In this document: positions 61,094 to 64,000 of the stretch, piece after piece
How the letters are laid out: each line of letters starts with the position of its first letter
How positions within the stretch are numbered: the first letter of the stretch is position 1
Position numbers and translations under genes: made by a program
Notes under the pieces: generated by a model
The model's database searches: none
Seen by the model: only the letters and a program-made list of their open reading frames with translations
Told to the model about the DNA's origin: nothing
Assembly (NCBI RefSeq): GCF_964204645.1
Contig: NC_134035.1
Coordinates: forward strand, 12,990,451 to 13,054,450
DNA length: 64,000 nt
Source: Tubulanus polymorphus
Lineage: Eukaryota; Animalia; Nemertea
Direction of reading: 5' to 3'

Positions 61094-61312
61094 AAGAGAG
61101 GAGGTTCAGGGAGGTATGAGAGAGGAGGTTCAGGGAATATGAGAGAGGAGGTTCAGGGAGGTATGAGAGAGGAGGTTCAGGGAATATGAGAGAGGAGGTT
61201 CAGGGAGGTATGAGAGAGGAGGTTCAGGGAATATGAGAGAGGAGGTTCAGGGAATATGAGAGAGGAGTTTATGGAGATATGATAGAGGAGTTTAGAGAGA
61301 TATGATAGAGGA
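61094..61312. repeat. 23-bp purine-rich minisatellite
   Basis: gagagaggaggttcaggga(at/gg)tat repeated about 8-9 times. Confidence 0.95.
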
Positions 61313-62194
61313 GATGGTCTAAAAGGAAAATTTTTAAGTTCATAACAATCGATCAACTCAGTAATAGACACCGCTCTGATAAAGTAACTCCTGGTCCTTG
61401 ATTGGGGTCTAAATTGCAGGAATTGCGTTTAGCAATTGAAATATGGTTGATAGAGCGTGGAATTGTTTCCATGTAGGCGAGCAATGCATAAAACACACGT
61501 CAGATTAAGGCTGTTGAGAGTGAATTATCAATAGATTTAAGAAATCGAGGATGAAGTTGTTTTCAAGAGGTCGATCATTCATATGGTTGTTAATCAGATC
61601 AGGTTCTCAGGTGCTTCCTTCGTCCCCAAAAACGGCATAAGTTGTATCAAAGTATGTGATATAACCTACTAATTGATTATATGAAAAGAGGCTATTTGTA
61701 GTTTCTCAGCCATTTTGCAATTATTGTTGTGAAGAGGTCACAAAATCCAAACTAAAACCAGCATCATCAATAGATTTCTACTGACTGAGACCCGGTCATA
61801 CTGCACATGTTGAACAGTTTGTTGTATTTTTGTGGTTCCAGTTTCTCTCGTTCCAAGATAGAACAAAGTTCCTAAATTTTGAGTCCTTCAGTGCTGAAAT
61901 TCCAATTTACTACAAATTTCCTAATTCCAATTTCAATTGAAATTCCAATTTACTACGAGTTTCCTAATCTTAACTTTCCAAAAGTTTGAATTTTTCCTAA
62001 TATGTCCTATATTTCCCAAAATCATATTTTATGTGAATTATTATCGCTATTATTGGATTCTTTCAATGATGTTTTGGTTCGATATTATGATTGATCAAGG
62101 TGATCCATCTAAATCTATTTCATTGGTATAAATTATGAAATATTCATATCTGCAAACATTTCATTGATACTTCTAAACTAGTAATTCTAAAAAC

Positions 62195-62625
62195 ACTCTA
62201 AAAACTATTTTACCCGTATTTTTAAGACAATTGTAGAAAGTATTTTAAATTATCTCAATTTTAAAGTATCTATAATATTTAAAACTATTTTATCTGAATT
62301 TTAAAAAGATTGAAGAAACTATTTTATATCTGAATTTTAAAACACCTGTGATATCTCAAAACTATTTTATGTGAATTTTAATCTATTAAAGAAACTATTT
62401 TATATCTGAATTTTAAAATACCTATGATATCTAAAAACTATTTTATCTGAATTTTATACTATTTCATTTGTATGTATTTTATCTCAAAGTATCTTTTTAA
62501 ACTATTTTATTTGTATATATCTAAAAAACTATTTTTTGTTGTTTATATTTGAAAACTATTTTATTTTTTATACTTAAAAACTATTTTATTTGTATATATT
62601 CCTTTTAGAACAATGATTTATTTGT
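62195..62625. repeat. Degenerate AT-rich repeat built on aaaactattttat
   Basis: Motif recurs about ten times at irregular spacing. Confidence 0.7.
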
Positions 62626-62995
62626 ATTTCAATACGAACTAAAAGATCAATTTAATGAAATATTTTATATATGACTATCACTGTGTATATTCGAACCCCA
62701 GTGATTTCATGAGAATGGAATAACTGAAGGTCCAGGTTTTATCACCGAATACTCTTTGACACAATTACGTGGTCCACAACACAGATATGAATAGTGGTTA
62801 TATAAAAGGCCCATGCTGTATATAGTGCACGCATAAAGAGCTTTTACTCATAGTTGATATAGGCTTAGTAAATATGAAATGTGATTGAGAACGTTTTCTC
62901 ATACTTTCTTTACCTTTTTTCTTGTAGTTTTTTTTTCAATTTTTATTAAAGTAATTCAGTGAATTATCTACTCATTTTCAGTTGGTGTTTCACTA

Positions 62996-63168
62996 TCATG
63001 GAATGCGATGAATAAAAAACAGTCGGAGTGTATTTTTCATATGATATTTTCAGCGTCCCGTCGTATGAAATTTTTAATTTTTAATTTGATGTCATCTCAA
63101 GAAAATGTATGACTGAAAACATCATATGAAAAATACAGTCAGATTGTTTTTCATTTATCTCGTTCCAT
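62996..63168. mobile_element. Foldback/MITE-like inverted repeat
   Basis: aaaaaacagtcggagtgtatttttcatatgatattttcag pairs with ctgaaaacatcatatgaaaaatacagtcagattgttttt. Confidence 0.7.
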
Positions 63169-63639
63169 ACAATACAGGACTCAGTTCCACAGTTTGATTT
63201 GGATACAAGAATTTAGATACATATTTGTTGCATAACTGTGGAACTGGGTCTTGTTAAATTGTGAGCATGATGTTTATGATTAATCACTAGTGCGTTTGAA
63301 ACTAGATATTAAAACTTTGGTTTCAAGTTAACCTTAGTTTAGATTAGTTGGTTTTTGTTTAGTTATTTTAGTAATTTTCGCTGTTTATGAATTTGATTCG
63401 TTCCAGTTGATTTAAGTCTAATTTAGTTAAAGTTTTAGTTCATTTAGGTCAAGTTGATTAAGTTTTAACTATAGCTGTTAACTTAAATAAAGTGTAAACC
63501 TCTGATAAACTGAGGGTCAATTTATCTTATGATAAGTTACACTCGGGTATATTAATCAATAATGTCGTTTAAGATCTCCTTTTTTTATGTGGTTCGGAGA
63601 TTTTCACTGAATAAAATAGTAACATCTTCTTAGAATGTG

Positions 63640-64000
63640 ATGAACTGAGGGTAAATTCATCATTGTTGAAATTACTCTCAGGATCATCATTAAAACAATG
63701 AATGAACTGAGGGTATATTTCATCATTGTTGAAATTACTCTCAGGATCATCATTAAAACAATGAATGAACTGAGGGTAAATTCATCATTGTTGAAATAAG
63801 TCTCAGGATCATCATTAAAACAATGAATGAACTGAGGGTAAATTCATCATTGTTGAAATCACTCTCAGGATCATCATTAAAACAATGAATGAACTGAGGG
63901 TAAATTCATCATTGTTGAAATCACTCTCAGGATCATCATTAAAACAATGAATGAACTGAGGGTAAATTCATCATTGTTGAAATTACTCTCAGTTCATTGA
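63640..64000. repeat. About 62-bp tandem repeat running to the window end, each unit a hairpin
   Basis: gaactgagggtaaattcatcattgttgaaattactctcaggatcatcattaaaacaatgaat. Confidence 0.95.

Noticed and set aside
50500-63000. Autonomous giant transposon or endogenous virus
   Set aside because: No transposase, polymerase, integrase or capsid ORF and no defined termini visible; kept only as a hypothesis for the orphan gene
63640-64000. CRISPR-like palindromic repeats
   Set aside because: Linkers between hairpins are constant, so it is a satellite

Overview
Eukaryotic, AT-rich, intron-containing invertebrate DNA (a lophotrochozoan-like style is my impression, not proven). The ORF track fragments the real genes, so exon chains were rebuilt by hand from GT-AG sites and reading phase. 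Order: intronless class A peptide-receptor-like GPCR (+); 12-coding-exon BICRA/GLTSCR1 homologue (-) head-to-head with 8-exon NUP50 (+); CSTPP1/C11orf49 (-) head-to-head (149 bp between ATGs) with a leprecan/prolyl 3-hydroxylase gene (+, KDEL); 9-exon gamma-glutamyl hydrolase (+); then a repeat-rich tail holding a probable orphan gene. The prolyl 3-hydroxylase locus is the most unusual part. It has two tandem 2OG-Fe(II) dioxygenase domains with the same intron pattern, the first lacking the HxD iron motif. It has two homologous 117-nt exons that look mutually exclusive in the active domain, and a duplicated in-frame donor next to the HxD exon. Its intron 2 holds an intronless antisense gene for a signal-peptide + coiled-coil + beta-rich protein. 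Introns also contain MITE families, 9-bp-TSD elements, tRNA-derived SINE heads, minisatellites and a Penelope-type minimal hammerhead ribozyme motif.
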